Shown: positions 49,363 to 60,472 of the stretch, one piece after another
Position numbering within the stretch: the first letter of the stretch is position 1
How the letters are laid out: every line of letters begins with the position of its first letter
Origin: Nitrososphaeraceae archaeon
GTDB lineage: Archaea; Thermoproteota; Nitrososphaeria; Nitrososphaerales; Nitrososphaeraceae
Assembly (NCBI GenBank): GCA_044870765.1
Contig: JBIOZG010000012.1
Coordinates: 108,093 to 172,092 of the forward strand
Length of the DNA: 64,000 nucleotides
Direction of reading: 5' to 3'
Program-made: the position numbers and the translations under genes
Notes under the pieces: model-generated
The model's input: only the letters and a program-made list of their open reading frames with translations
Databases searched by the model: none
What the model was told of the DNA's origin: nothing

Positions 49363-50186
49363 TTATTGATCTATATGATAAGATTTTGATTTCTATTAAG
49401 AAATTAGATAATATCATTTAGAAAAAACCATAGGAAAAATTTCTTTTAAAAAACTATCAAAAGCATCGTAGTGTGAAATAATAAACTCATAAGTTGCAAT
49501 TTGATTTGTGGAAATTATTAATCCTACTGAAGACCTGAGATTAGGTTACTGAAACATTTTTGCTAGTAAATTGCGCTCCACAAATACACTATCTTCTTTT
49601 TGAATTGGCGTTTCTTTTGGCCTTGTTTAGTTTTAGTAGTATTAATCCCGCAGCACCCCATAGCAACATGGAGACAAGATATTGATGGAGAAACCAGGTG
49701 ATACCTCCTCCTATTGCAAAAACCGCTCCTACTATTCCGAGAAATTTTTTCTGTTTTACCATGATTATCCCCTTTTTGAAATCCTGACTTTTACATATTT
49801 GATCAATTTAACTACCGATTAAACAATTAATTGAAAAACAATTCATTGCTGCTGTTACTATTGATTTCGTCGAATCTTAAATATATTTAGGATAAGTTAA
49901 AGAAATGTGAGAACTGCCCTAATTCTTTACTGCTCTATTTTCGAGTTCATGATGGTGGCTTTAATAATCTCTATTAGTCGCGTTCATACTTACGGAGAGT
50001 CATCGATGGAGGTATGCATCAATGGAAAATGTGAAATGGTTTAAAACCCTATAGATATCGTGTCGAAAATACATGCGAAAAGACGAATGCAATATAAGCA
50101 ATCAACTTATTAATTCTACGAAAAGGTAAATTAAATTTCACAAGAAGACAATATTAGCTACGCTAATCTGGGTATTGCATTTTAGT

Positions 50187-50459
50187 TTAATGCATCTTTT
50201 TACAAGATGCTGAAATGTCATTTTCTTTAGCATTCTTTTCGCATTTTTCCTCATCTACACTACAAATTTTGACCTTAATTCCGTCCTTACCTTCACCGTT
50301 TGCACAGTACGAAAGCTCCGAGGAATCAGCATGAACCAATATAATATTCAATTGCATAATTGTTAACAGAATTAGCGTTGAGACGATAACAATACTTGGA
50401 ATGCTAGCCATCGTTAGTATGTAATAGCTGCAATATTTAAGCCAAACTCTGCCGGACAT
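50187..50459 (-). CDS. Small secreted Cys-containing protein
   Basis: Signal peptide ending VHA, then 4 Cys; real start probably MASIPS. Confidence 0.55.
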   Translation of the reverse strand: MSGRVWLKYCSYYILTMASIPSIVIVSTLILLTIMQLNIILVHADSSELSYCANGEGKDGIKVKICSVDEEKCEKNAKENDISASCKKMH

Positions 50460-51266
50460 GTCTCGTTTTATTATCCCCGCCAGATAGTCCTAATTGAAAA
50501 TCGCATATCCCCGTAAAAACTAGCAACTGAACCAACATTCATAATTGTTTCAATTTATGTCTCAATTTATGTCTCAATTGTCCCTCATCGGTCTCTTAAG
50601 TAGAGATTCAGTTCTACAGTGAATCCCATTGCCTTCAGACACGAACCCTACATTTACTGCGGGCAAGCAAATGGTTACAGAATTTACGAACGGAATGTTG
50701 GGTATTCACAGCAAGAGAGATTCCACACTTATCACCACTTCTCGCATATAGACTAATCCTATACATCGTTTTATTTTCATATATCCACATGAGAGATCCA
50801 ATCGTAGAGTGGAAACAAAGGGGTTCCAATTTTTAGTAAGATTCTTACGCAAGAATCGTTCCTACCCTCTATTTTTTGTAATTATCAATTGAGGTTACTG
50901 TATCTTAATTTAATGTTGAGTTCCGGAATTATCTAATATTTCTAATCAACGTGAACTATTGGTCGCATTGATGAGTACCCATATGTGCCTAATCTAGTAA
51001 GTGACCTCAGATAAAAATATGTTTAAACGCTGCGTCTATAAGCGGTTTGGCATGCATCAGAATCTTGTTATACTCGCTAGCACGTAGTTGACTCTTAAGA
51101 CAATTCTAGTAATTGACTAGAGGAACGGATAAAAACTGCAATATGGTAATGATTCTATTCATTTAGACGTTGGCACTTTGAAACTTAGGGATATTATTCG
51201 CGTTGCCTAGTACAAGTGACTTAGTGATAAGATAAGATTTATTAAGTGTAGTTTTCTAGAATTCTT

Positions 51267-51665
51267 GTGCTTCGACTCTTTTCAGTTTTGTTTCTCGCAA
51301 CTATTGCAGTAACAGCATTTTTATCAGCTCAGTTCTCCTTTGCGAAACAGGTCAAATGTGAGGATGGCTATGCTGAAATGAAATGGGATCCAAAAAATCA
51401 TGATGTCAATCATCAATCATCCAAAGAATTTGATTTATTGGCCTATCAGGGTTCTCTATGCGAACTTTCAAAGTGCATAGACCACGAGGAATGCACAAAT
51501 CATGATGAAGTCAATTGGAATAAATTCCAGGATTCACCCGCATACAAATTGACCTCAGAGGATCAGCAGAAATGTTTGGATACTGCACATAAAAATGGTA
51601 ACGGACAGGATGGTTTGGTTGGCTATGAAATCCTTGATTGCGGGTTAAATGAAGGTTACAATTAA
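51267..51665 (+). CDS. Secreted Cys-rich hypothetical protein
   Basis: Signal peptide ending SFA; 6 Cys. Confidence 0.65.
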   Translation: MLRLFSVLFLATIAVTAFLSAQFSFAKQVKCEDGYAEMKWDPKNHDVNHQSSKEFDLLAYQGSLCELSKCIDHEECTNHDEVNWNKFQDSPAYKLTSEDQQKCLDTAHKNGNGQDGLVGYEILDCGLNEGYN

Positions 51666-51951
51666 TTTCAAATTACTTGTAATGCCACAACGGACCTCAA
51701 TACTTAGATCATAATTAAAGAACAGACTTTACGTGCAAGGTAAATCCTCCACGAAAATAGGACCCTATTTGGGTGTAACACATTCATCCAAACCGATAAA
51801 GTAAAAGACGGTTAGTCAAAAATAAATGAGTTTAACTTGCAAAAGGAGTTTGATTTGCTTTCTCTTATTTGCTCCTTTCATGATGAATACTTGGTATCTT
51901 TAAGATAAAAGTGGACAAACTATATTTCCATTCGTTTCATATTAATTTCTA

Positions 51952-52833
51952 TTGAAGTTACTCATAGGTTGTTCGGGCTGGAGTTATTCTGATTCATTTG
52001 AAAAGGGAGGATGGCTCAAGGTATTTTATCCCAGTAGCCAAACTAAAAAGCTAGAGTACTATGCTCAATTTTTCGATACAGTAGAATTGGATGCAACTTT
52101 TTATGAAAAATTCTACAAATATATGACTAAGGACACCTTTAGAACAATGACTAAAGTAACTCCGGATAATTTTCAATTTTCAATTAAAGTTCCTGAAATA
52201 GTAACACATGATAGACGTTTAGATGTGAAGAGCGGAGCAGTAACATATCTCGAGGAGTTTCTCTCAAAGATATCCCCTCTAAAAACTTGTGATAAACTTG
52301 GAGCAGTGCTTATCCAATTGCCCCCGAGTTTTACAGTTAAGGAATTCAGAAATACTGAACAATTTCTTGATAGACTTCCTAGCGGATACGATTACGCCCT
52401 TGAATTTAGAAATCCTTCGTGGAATACTGAAGGTCCATGGGAGCTGTTGAAACATTACAATATAGCAGCAGTCATGACAGATTCTCCTAAACAAGATAAT
52501 CTGCAATTTTTGTCAGAGTCTATTATAACAGCAAATCATTCTTTTATTAGATGGCATGGTAAACGCGTAAAACCCAGATACAATTATCTTTACTCAAAGG
52601 AAGAATTAAAACCCTGGGTTGATAAGGTCAAAATGATTATCTCTGAAACAGCAGTTGTGAGAGGTTATTTTAACAACCATTATGGTGCTCGAGCTGTAGT
52701 GAATGCAATCGAATTCAAAGTAATGTCCGGCACAATTTTATCTGTCAAGGAAAAAGATATCCTTAACCATGCTCGAAATTTCATTTTTCAAGATTCAAGA
52801 CAATCCACATTAGATGATAGCCTAGCATCATAA
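51952..52833 (+). CDS. DUF72 (YecE-like) protein, second paralog
   Basis: IGCSGWSY, VELDATFY, LIQLPPSF, EFRNPSW, IRWHG, FNNHY. Confidence 0.92.
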   Translation: MKLLIGCSGWSYSDSFEKGGWLKVFYPSSQTKKLEYYAQFFDTVELDATFYEKFYKYMTKDTFRTMTKVTPDNFQFSIKVPEIVTHDRRLDVKSGAVTYLEEFLSKISPLKTCDKLGAVLIQLPPSFTVKEFRNTEQFLDRLPSGYDYALEFRNPSWNTEGPWELLKHYNIAAVMTDSPKQDNLQFLSESIITANHSFIRWHGKRVKPRYNYLYSKEELKPWVDKVKMIISETAVVRGYFNNHYGARAVVNAIEFKVMSGTILSVKEKDILNHARNFIFQDSRQSTLDDSLAS

Positions 52834-53091
52834 ACACTTCTGTTGTGTCAGGGAAATAAAGTTGATTGCCACTTTCTTGTCATATAGCTTGTTATTTTTA
52901 TCAATATCCAACTTATGCAGTATATCTACTAAAAAGATTACATCTGTATTGAATGTCCAAAGTATTATTCTGCTATCAATGAACTTTCAACTGACAATGG
53001 CCATCTTCGGCTTTTGAACCCAGGCATCATAAGAGCCTCAGAATAGCAAAAAAAAGCAAAGCATTTTATTTATATAACTCGATGCTTTACT

Positions 53092-53274
53092 TTGGTTATG
53101 GCAAGAGTTGTAATCAAATGTGCTGCAAATGGTCCTAATTTAATAGAACTAGACGGAACCGTGTTTGCTGCTATGTGCAGATGTGGTGCAACTAATACAA
53201 AACCTTATTGCGATGGCTCTCATGCAAAAATTGGATTCAAGGCAGAAACTAAAGAGATCGTAGTTTCAGAATAA
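53092..53274 (+). CDS. CDGSH iron-sulfur domain protein
   Basis: NGP...MCRCGATNTKPYCDGSH. Confidence 0.92.
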   Translation: MVMARVVIKCAANGPNLIELDGTVFAAMCRCGATNTKPYCDGSHAKIGFKAETKEIVVSE

Positions 53275-53671
53275 CCACATCAATTTACTAATGTTACCTC
53301 ATGATGGCCAGTATGCTCTTACTTTTAGACCTTATTAACTAGATTAGCGTCCTTCAAAACCTAGCGTTAGCTGCCTCTTTCAGTTTAGATTGGTGAATTC
53401 CAGGTAGTTTCTATCGCTATATGGTCGCTATATGGTACAGATATTGAAGATTAGCAAGCCATGTCGTATCCAATTCTTGGACTCAGATCCGTAATTATCG
53501 AGTGCAATGCTTATGTCTGATTTGTATCAAACCATAACTAGTACCCGCAATAGGAACCTGGCCCTACCACGTTATTTATTCACACTCTAGTTACCAATTA
53601 ATGGTTAATTAAGATAACTTAACAATTGTAAGCAAGAGACTTATAGATTTCAGGTATATTATTAACTTACA

Positions 53672-54217
53672 ATGATTGTAATAATAAGAGTATTGACAAA
53701 GTTACCTATTAAAAGATACACTCCATTAATATCGCTCGGTATCTTGGTCGTATCGTTAATATCAATGCCTGCATTTGCGCAACAAAGTTTTAATGCCAAC
53801 TTGTCAGTTGGCCCTTTATCTCCTTCGGTCAATACTGTCGCAACAGGAACAGCCAAATTTAATTTAGACTCAAATGGGAATATGGCTTACAATATAGACG
53901 TTAAAAACCTTAAAGGAGTGATCGGTGCTCATATTAGTCTTCAGAACGGAACCGACCTTGCGCAAGTATTTAATCCTTATGTGCAGGTAAATGGCAGATC
54001 TGAAATTCCAACAGGTCAGGTGAATGGCCAACTATCCAAAGGAATAATTACAGAAAGTGATCTTGGTGGCCCATTGAGTGGCAAGAACGTTACAGATCTA
54101 GCTACTTTAATGAAAAATAATTCAGTGTATGTTGTAGTTCGCACCGTAGGTCATGAGAACGGGGAAATTCAAGGGGTTATAACTCCTTCAACTACTTCTC
54201 AGAACGGTGCAATATAG
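53672..54217 (+). CDS. Secreted CHRD-domain protein
   Basis: Signal peptide; F.ANLS...V.T.ATG.A.F, GAHI, VYV.V.T..H..GEI.G. Confidence 0.8.
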   Translation: MIVIIRVLTKLPIKRYTPLISLGILVVSLISMPAFAQQSFNANLSVGPLSPSVNTVATGTAKFNLDSNGNMAYNIDVKNLKGVIGAHISLQNGTDLAQVFNPYVQVNGRSEIPTGQVNGQLSKGIITESDLGGPLSGKNVTDLATLMKNNSVYVVVRTVGHENGEIQGVITPSTTSQNGAI

Positions 54218-54288
54218 AAATTACGCTAGGGATTAGATAACAATGTTAATCAGAATATATATTCTCCTTCAAAGAAGATATTGATACA

Positions 54289-54510
54289 ATGTTACAGAAA
54301 AACTTGAATCTAGATAATATGCTTGAAAAGAAGGTCAGGGCAAAAAAAACATTAGTAGGTTCAATAGAAGCGATTTCGGATAGCTTCATATTGGTTGCAT
54401 CGCCTTCAGGTGTAAAATACAATATCCCAAAATCTCATATTGAGCGTAGAATTGGTAACGAATTTATGCTGGATGTATCGATTAAAGATTTACAGAGTTA
54501 TAGATTCTGA
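54289..54510 (+). CDS. Small beta-barrel (PRC/DUF2171-like) hypothetical protein
   Basis: VGSIEAI....I.V...Y.IPKS.I....G....L. Confidence 0.5.
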   Translation: MLQKNLNLDNMLEKKVRAKKTLVGSIEAISDSFILVASPSGVKYNIPKSHIERRIGNEFMLDVSIKDLQSYRF

Positions 54511-54568
54511 TAAGTAAATACTGTAATAATAAAATAAGTTAATTTCACTAATAACTAGGTCAAAGATA

Positions 54569-55372
54569 TTGAATGGTAACAAAACTAAAAAGTTAGGTTC
54601 TGATTTTGAAAAAAAGTATTGGATACTTAGATATTCAATATTCGTCGGCAGGATTGCAGAAGTACCTGTTTACATAAATTTTAGTTTTGCTTTTGTATTT
54701 ATTCTCATTACATTGTCACTTTCTATTACGATTTTACCAAACCTTAATCCTGGTTTAGTACAATCAAACTATGTAATTGCAGGAGTAGTATGTGCATTTA
54801 TATCACTTTTTTCCATTTTGTTTCACGAAGTCGCACATTCAGTTATAGCAAAAAAATACGGAATCAAATTTCAAAAGATTATTCTATTTGCCTTTGGAGG
54901 AATTGCATTGCAACCTATTGAATTAATTGATCCTAAAAAGGAAATTTATATGGCATTTGCTGGTCCCCTAATAAGTTTCATTACTTCTTGTCTTTCCTTC
55001 CTAATTTGGTTTGAGTTGCATCAGAGTAGTATTCTAATTATACAAGGTTATCCTATATCTAGTATCGTTTTCTATAGTGCAATGATTAATCTCGTCATTG
55101 GACTTTTCAACCTTTTACCCGTATTCCCAAGTGATGGGGGAAGAATATTGAGGTCATTTTTGTCCTACCGCACTCACGATCAATTCAAGGCTACTATAAA
55201 CGCCATAAAAATTGGGTGGATTCTTTCTATTAGTATTCTTATAATTGGGGCAGCGGTCGGCTTGAAGCTATCTCCAATAGGTGGTGTCTGGTTAATGCTT
55301 GTGGCCTTGTTCTTGATGAGAGCATCCAAATCATACTATAACTTGTATCAAACCATGCGTCCTAGTAATTAA
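54569..55372 (+). CDS. Site-2 protease (M50, SpoIVFB-like)
   Basis: FHEVAHS, FAFGG, AGP, FNLLPVFPSDGGR. Confidence 0.9.
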   Translation: MNGNKTKKLGSDFEKKYWILRYSIFVGRIAEVPVYINFSFAFVFILITLSLSITILPNLNPGLVQSNYVIAGVVCAFISLFSILFHEVAHSVIAKKYGIKFQKIILFAFGGIALQPIELIDPKKEIYMAFAGPLISFITSCLSFLIWFELHQSSILIIQGYPISSIVFYSAMINLVIGLFNLLPVFPSDGGRILRSFLSYRTHDQFKATINAIKIGWILSISILIIGAAVGLKLSPIGGVWLMLVALFLMRASKSYYNLYQTMRPSN

Positions 55373-55580
55373 TCAAGTAATGAAAATAGTACCAACAATA
55401 TCGGGGCCCTGAAAAAATGAACTTAAATTTTAGGTGATCGACATTAGAATTTAGATCAAGTAATTGCACCTAATTTTGCTAAAATTGTGAACCCGAGGCA
55501 TTGACATACACATTGTTCATCTAGATAAGAAATAATTAAAACATCTCAATTTGAAATTCTACTCAGTTTTGCAAGTTATG

Positions 55581-55745
55581 CTATTTCGTAAATCTATGTT
55601 GCTTCATAAACTCGTCCAGACATTCGTTGCAAAGTCTAAAACCTTCTTTCTCAAACACAATTTCTTTTTTCTCATCGCAGGAATTACATCTCGAATCTTT
55701 GTTTCCTGCTTGGACTTCACTATCCTTGGTTACCTTAGCGTCCAC
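55581..55745 (-). CDS. Unannotated 54-aa zinc-finger protein
   Basis: GTG start; ...SRCNSCDEKKEIVFEKEGFRLCNECLDEFMKQHRFTK*. Confidence 0.55.
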   Translation of the reverse strand: MDAKVTKDSEVQAGNKDSRCNSCDEKKEIVFEKEGFRLCNECLDEFMKQHRFTK

Positions 55746-55820
55746 TCTAACAATATGAGTTACTGCACCTTTTAAAAAGATTGATTGATATTTTGTTTCG
55801 AAGAATTCATTGAATAACGC

Positions 55821-55979
55821 TCATTTTAATTTTTTTCTCAGTGCAAGATCTTTCTTTTTTTCTATTTCTTTCCATTTTCGTATTATTTCATCCCAATTAC
55901 TTATTTCTCCTTCTGATTGCTTTATAGCCTCTAGAATATAATTCGCAAATTCTTCAATGTCATGTTCGATATCATCCAT
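55821..55979 (-). CDS. Unannotated 52-aa helical protein
   Basis: MDDIEHDIEEFANYILEAIKQSEGEISNWDEIIRKWKE...; GGAGAGGT upstream. Confidence 0.45.
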   Translation of the reverse strand: MDDIEHDIEEFANYILEAIKQSEGEISNWDEIIRKWKEIEKKKDLALRKKLK

Positions 55980-56149
55980 CTCCCTATTCAATTACCTCTC
56001 CGCTATTATCCTAATCTTGCCTAATAAAGTAAATTCTACCATTTAGAACTTCCTTTGCTTGTCGATTCTGGGTTTATTCCTACTACTGCTAATTGTAACA
56101 TTGTTACACCTAATTGTAACGCGAATTATTTTCTTAATTCTTCAAAGAC

Positions 56150-56243
56150 TGAAAATTGAGGTCAAAATATGGTGGGCCGGAGGGATTTAATTTGATTAGA
56201 ATGTGAATCCTTGTACGAGTACTGCTTAGTGGGCCGGAAGGGA
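56150..56243 (-). repeat. tRNA-3'-end-like att repeat, copy A (two cores)
   Basis: TGGTGGGCCGGAGGGATT (56170) and GTGGGCCGGAAGGGA (56229); reverse complement reads AATCCCT(T)CCGGCCCACCA. Confidence 0.75.
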
Positions 56244-56300
56244 CTATTCTGAAATTATGTAAGGTAATGTGAGATCACTTCAGTACTAGAGGACGAGTAC

Positions 56301-56825
56301 CTAACTAAGATTGACTTTTGTAATGTAATATTTTACATAATCATTAAAGTAGGCCACCAAAACAAGCATGTACTCTGTTGGTTGTTTTCTGTAGGGGAAT
56401 TCCCCATAGAACGTATGACAACCCTCATCAGTACTATTGAAATTACATTCCAAATTTATTAGGTGATGTTGATTGTTAAATCCAATCGTGCCATTTTCAT
56501 AATTTACCATTATTCTATGTTCCTTAATCAAGAAGGCATCAAAATCTAATATTGAATCCTGATCGGGAGAATTAAAAACTCCACGAATTGGAGTGCGTCT
56601 ACTTGCGTTTACTACGTCTTCTTCTGCACTCTGGTTTTTGATTATTTGATTATTCTTTGGTAAAACAGTGTAATCGAGTGCAAATGAGTATGATTTGCCC
56701 AAAGTCTCAACGGTGGCGAAATCGATAGTGGTTTTATTATTTAATGCATAAGTCTGTGTCGATCCACTTTCTACACCGATAATTATAAGGATGGGAATTA
56801 ACACGACGGATAAAATAAGTCTCAT
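56301..56825 (-). CDS. Secreted hypothetical protein
   Basis: Signal peptide ending TYA. Confidence 0.65.
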   Translation of the reverse strand: MRLILSVVLIPILIIIGVESGSTQTYALNNKTTIDFATVETLGKSYSFALDYTVLPKNNQIIKNQSAEEDVVNASRRTPIRGVFNSPDQDSILDFDAFLIKEHRIMVNYENGTIGFNNQHHLINLECNFNSTDEGCHTFYGEFPYRKQPTEYMLVLVAYFNDYVKYYITKVNLS

Positions 56826-56975
56826 TTCTTTTTCGTCAATTAAATGCCTTTACACTTACCCTAATATTATATATTACAAACATTATGCCATATGACTCTC
56901 AAAAGTAAAAGATATACAAATATCTAATTATGTGTAAAAACCTAACCACCCGCAATTCTTGTGTCTTTGTCTTTC

Positions 56976-58625
56976 TTAATAATTCGCATGAATCTCAATT
57001 CTGGTTACGGGATTGGGGGTCAAACTAGTCAAACTATTAAATGGATATTTGTTCTTCTGAAGTGTATTTGATTGATTGTCTCTTATCTCATACAGTAAAA
57101 CCGACTTGGTTAGTAATTGTCTTAATTTCTCTTTGCTATGTTTATCAGTAGTCATCTCAGGGATAAAGTCTTCGTCGACCACTAAAATGACCTTTTTTGT
57201 CATGTTGTCTTCGGCGTTGTAATAGTTTCTAAATTCATTGACACCATCTCTATCGAATATGTACTTTGGAATCCAAAGCCAATAGTTATTCCCAAGAACG
57301 GTTACTCCATTCTTGTTTATGTTTCCTCTACTATCATGGCTTATAGATGTGGTATTTGCATTTTGAATCTGATATGCGATATCGGATATAACCTGGTAGT
57401 GAAATGACGTGAGATTGAGTGTGATGAGCATAATCGTGACAATGAATCCATAGGTCCCAATTACTACCATGAATGCATAAGGTAACATTATCCGAATCTT
57501 TTTGTTAGGTAACAGTTTAGAAATATCTTTAATTAATATCGCAGAACCTATACAAAATGCAGGTAATAGTGGTATGAAATGCCAATATGATACATATCCG
57601 CTAATAAGGCTAAAGAGGATGAACGGTATAAACCATAATATAATAAATAAATCCCTTTTCTTCACTACTGCATACAGAGTGCCAACAAGTGCAAGAGATA
57701 CTAGAACTGGATCTATGGCAAATAACTTTCCAATTGCGCCAGTAATTAGCTTATCTCCTCTCTCTGATTGCCACAACAGACCGTCAATCCATTGATCATA
57801 TTGCCCATTCAATATTGCAAAAAGTGGCCACAATAGAGGTATCAATAATACAGGAAGAAGCCAAGTACCAACTAATTTCCAATTCTTAGAGTTGGAATAA
57901 ATAACATATATACCCAAAGGAATTAGCGTGAAAATTGGAAGCTTTGTGAATATTGTTAAACCAAAAAGTATTCCAGACACTGTTCCTAAAATAGAAACTA
58001 TTCTCCCTTTTGATTCGTAATTCTTTAAGTACATTGCTACAAGTATCGAAGCAAGTAGAAAAGGCAGTTGAATAGGTTCTAGCCATATTCTTCTAATGAT
58101 CCATGTAAGTGGCATTACTGCAAAAAGAACAGAAGCAATAGCAGCGGTTGTGGTTCCATAGCGACGTTCAGTTATCATAAATAAGAAAAAGGTATCTAGT
58201 ATTGCGAGCATTCCCATTAGCATCCTTGGAACCAAGTAGATTTCTTTAATTGAGGAGGGTTCTATCGATGGATTAATCGAATCTGGATAACCAATTCCAC
58301 CTAATATTGCCGCAAGAAACAGCTGTCCAAAGTAAGGATGAGTATAAGGATGCGATGGGTTACTCAACAGTTCATCAGATTTTTCCTGTGGGCCCAGACC
58401 GCTTAGAAGATGCAATGTTTTCCTAAGATAATGGTCTTCATCCCTATAGATACTTGGAAATCCGTCTATATTCCATAGATGAGTAAAAGCAGAAAGTCCA
58501 ATTGGGACAAGTAATAATACAAATCTAAAACTTGGTCGATGGATATATCTAGCCACGAATTGTATCAAAGAATCTATAAGGATTCGACCAGTATAAAACC
58601 TGTAACATTCAGTGTAAAATGACAC
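56976..58625 (-). CDS. GT-C fold glycosyltransferase (ArnT/PMT, GT39/83-like)
   Basis: RDEDHY, HPYFG, about 11 TMs, FTK.P. Confidence 0.82.
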   Translation of the reverse strand: MSFYTECYRFYTGRILIDSLIQFVARYIHRPSFRFVLLLVPIGLSAFTHLWNIDGFPSIYRDEDHYLRKTLHLLSGLGPQEKSDELLSNPSHPYTHPYFGQLFLAAILGGIGYPDSINPSIEPSSIKEIYLVPRMLMGMLAILDTFFLFMITERRYGTTTAAIASVLFAVMPLTWIIRRIWLEPIQLPFLLASILVAMYLKNYESKGRIVSILGTVSGILFGLTIFTKLPIFTLIPLGIYVIYSNSKNWKLVGTWLLPVLLIPLLWPLFAILNGQYDQWIDGLLWQSERGDKLITGAIGKLFAIDPVLVSLALVGTLYAVVKKRDLFIILWFIPFILFSLISGYVSYWHFIPLLPAFCIGSAILIKDISKLLPNKKIRIMLPYAFMVVIGTYGFIVTIMLITLNLTSFHYQVISDIAYQIQNANTTSISHDSRGNINKNGVTVLGNNYWLWIPKYIFDRDGVNEFRNYYNAEDNMTKKVILVVDEDFIPEMTTDKHSKEKLRQLLTKSVLLYEIRDNQSNTLQKNKYPFNSLTSLTPNPVTRIEIHANY

Positions 58626-58674
58626 TGATGTATAAATTAAGTCATTATCTACAAGCTATTTTACAAGATTGAAC

Positions 58675-60312
58675 TTAACTATCTTCTGACAGTATTGTTT
58701 CATTTTCAAAATCTGTTAGGTCCATCTCACTATCATTTTTAATAGGATTACTTTTGATAACTAGGGGATTCTTTGTACCTTTCACTTCATTTGATATATT
58801 TGCCTGATCTAAAAAGTATGCATTAGAATTACTATTGATTGAATCATTACTGTTTGATGCATGTGTAAATACGATTCCATTAATAGAATTGTAAATTTTA
58901 TTATTAATTATTTTATTGGTAATGTCCTGAACTATTAATGCCTCTTGTGCCCCAATTATCTTATTGTCAGATACTATATTATTTGAAGTATCAGTGAGAT
59001 CTATCCCTATATTACAATTTGAAAGAGTGTTGTTATATATCTTGTTATAATCTGACAATCTGTTTAATCCTATGCATATATCTTGATCGTGAACATAATT
59101 ATTTTGTACTATTGAATGATCTGAATTAATGCTGTACGCAATACCGCGATGACCATCCATATTATTATAAACCTCGTTTTCCTCAATTAATATGTTATAA
59201 CAATCCTTTGAACATACTACAGCCGTTGCATTATTATGATGGACCTTGTTACTGCGTATTATCATATCATGTGTTCCGGTATGTGGATCTATCCCATATA
59301 GATAATTCTCATGGAAATTATTATTCTCAACAATCATATATCCCATTTTTTTGGAATAAAATCCCTTTAAGAGATGGTGAATATCATTTCCCATTATAAC
59401 AGAGCCAATCCCTCCATAATAACTTAAGCCCGAGCACTTGCTGCATGAATAACCAAGGTAAGCTAACTCAGAATTGGTGATATTAGTAGTTCCGGATGCT
59501 TTATCGGATACTCTTATGAAGGGCCTAGGCTCAACAGTATCATATTCTGATTTAGTGTCTTCCTCTCCAGGTCTTTTACCTAGACTAAATTTAACAACAT
59601 CATTTTTCTTTAGATCCCATGAAGTTATTTTTACAGAATCTATTATCAGCGAGCCAAGTACGTGAATTCCATTCGGATTATTATTATTATTCTTACTTGT
59701 CACTATCATATTTCTGACTTCTTCGTTACTACTTTTGTTCTCATTATCAATAAAGTTAACTACTTTACCATTCTGATTACTGTCAACAGAGACCGTTGTT
59801 AAATTACTCTCCAAAGAAATTTGATCATTTTGTTCTTGCTCTTTTGTAGTTTTTGATTCTGATGATAACTGTACAGTATCTACTGGAACTATCTTTAGCC
59901 AACCGGTATCGATAGAATCTATTATAAGGGTAGCATTCTTACCAACAGTAATTCCCGCGTTTAATAACCATCCCTTGTTTTGCTTAATACTACCTGTAGA
60001 ACTAAATTCATCAGAATCAGAATTAAAACTTTCTCTTTTTAAAATACTTGAATTGTTTAATTGCTTATCAATATCAGAAAGTCTTGCTGATGTGCAGAAA
60101 ATAGAAATTAATCGTGTTTTAGAGTCAAATTTTATACACGAATCATCACTACCATAAACTTTCTCAAAAAAACCTACCATTGATCCAACTACATATAAAT
60201 TAACATAAATAACGAAAGTTACCATTAAAAGGAGCGTAATTGGATGCAATAATCTTGATTTTATATAATTATTCCAAGTATATTCTTTTCGATGTGTATC
60301 AGGGAAATACAT
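58675..60312 (-). CDS. Membrane-anchored right-handed beta-helix protein (NosD/AlgG-like)
   Basis: N-terminal TM; Asn-ladder repeats; NSELAYLGY and YGIDPH motifs. Confidence 0.8.
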   Translation of the reverse strand: MYFPDTHRKEYTWNNYIKSRLLHPITLLLMVTFVIYVNLYVVGSMVGFFEKVYGSDDSCIKFDSKTRLISIFCTSARLSDIDKQLNNSSILKRESFNSDSDEFSSTGSIKQNKGWLLNAGITVGKNATLIIDSIDTGWLKIVPVDTVQLSSESKTTKEQEQNDQISLESNLTTVSVDSNQNGKVVNFIDNENKSSNEEVRNMIVTSKNNNNNPNGIHVLGSLIIDSVKITSWDLKKNDVVKFSLGKRPGEEDTKSEYDTVEPRPFIRVSDKASGTTNITNSELAYLGYSCSKCSGLSYYGGIGSVIMGNDIHHLLKGFYSKKMGYMIVENNNFHENYLYGIDPHTGTHDMIIRSNKVHHNNATAVVCSKDCYNILIEENEVYNNMDGHRGIAYSINSDHSIVQNNYVHDQDICIGLNRLSDYNKIYNNTLSNCNIGIDLTDTSNNIVSDNKIIGAQEALIVQDITNKIINNKIYNSINGIVFTHASNSNDSINSNSNAYFLDQANISNEVKGTKNPLVIKSNPIKNDSEMDLTDFENETILSEDS

Positions 60313-60330
60313 AGTATCAATATCTATTTT

Positions 60331-60394
60331 TGAAATTTGCTCATGATTTCAGGTGCGCTGGAAGGGATTGAATTTGTTTACAGTGTGGGTCTTT
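60331..60394 (-). repeat. tRNA-3'-end-like att repeat, copy B
   Basis: TGAAATTTGCTCA...GGTGCGCTGGAAGGGATTGAATTTGTTTACAGTGTGGGTC aligns with copies A, C and D. Confidence 0.6.
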
Positions 60395-60472
60395 ATTTAC
60401 ATTGTTAGGACCTAGTTGCAGGTTTCTCACTCTGTTAGTTTTTAGTTACTACAACCTATAAATAAAACGCGT

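Noticed and set aside
49550-49763. Small minus-strand membrane ORF (MVKQKKFLGIVGAVFAI...) apparently frameshifted
   Set aside because: A coherent product needs assumed indels; cannot be supported without homologs.
50549-53437. Short tandem duplications (TCAATTTATGTC twice near 50550; TCGCTATATGG twice near 53414)
   Set aside because: Two-unit 11-12-bp slippage repeats with no further structure.
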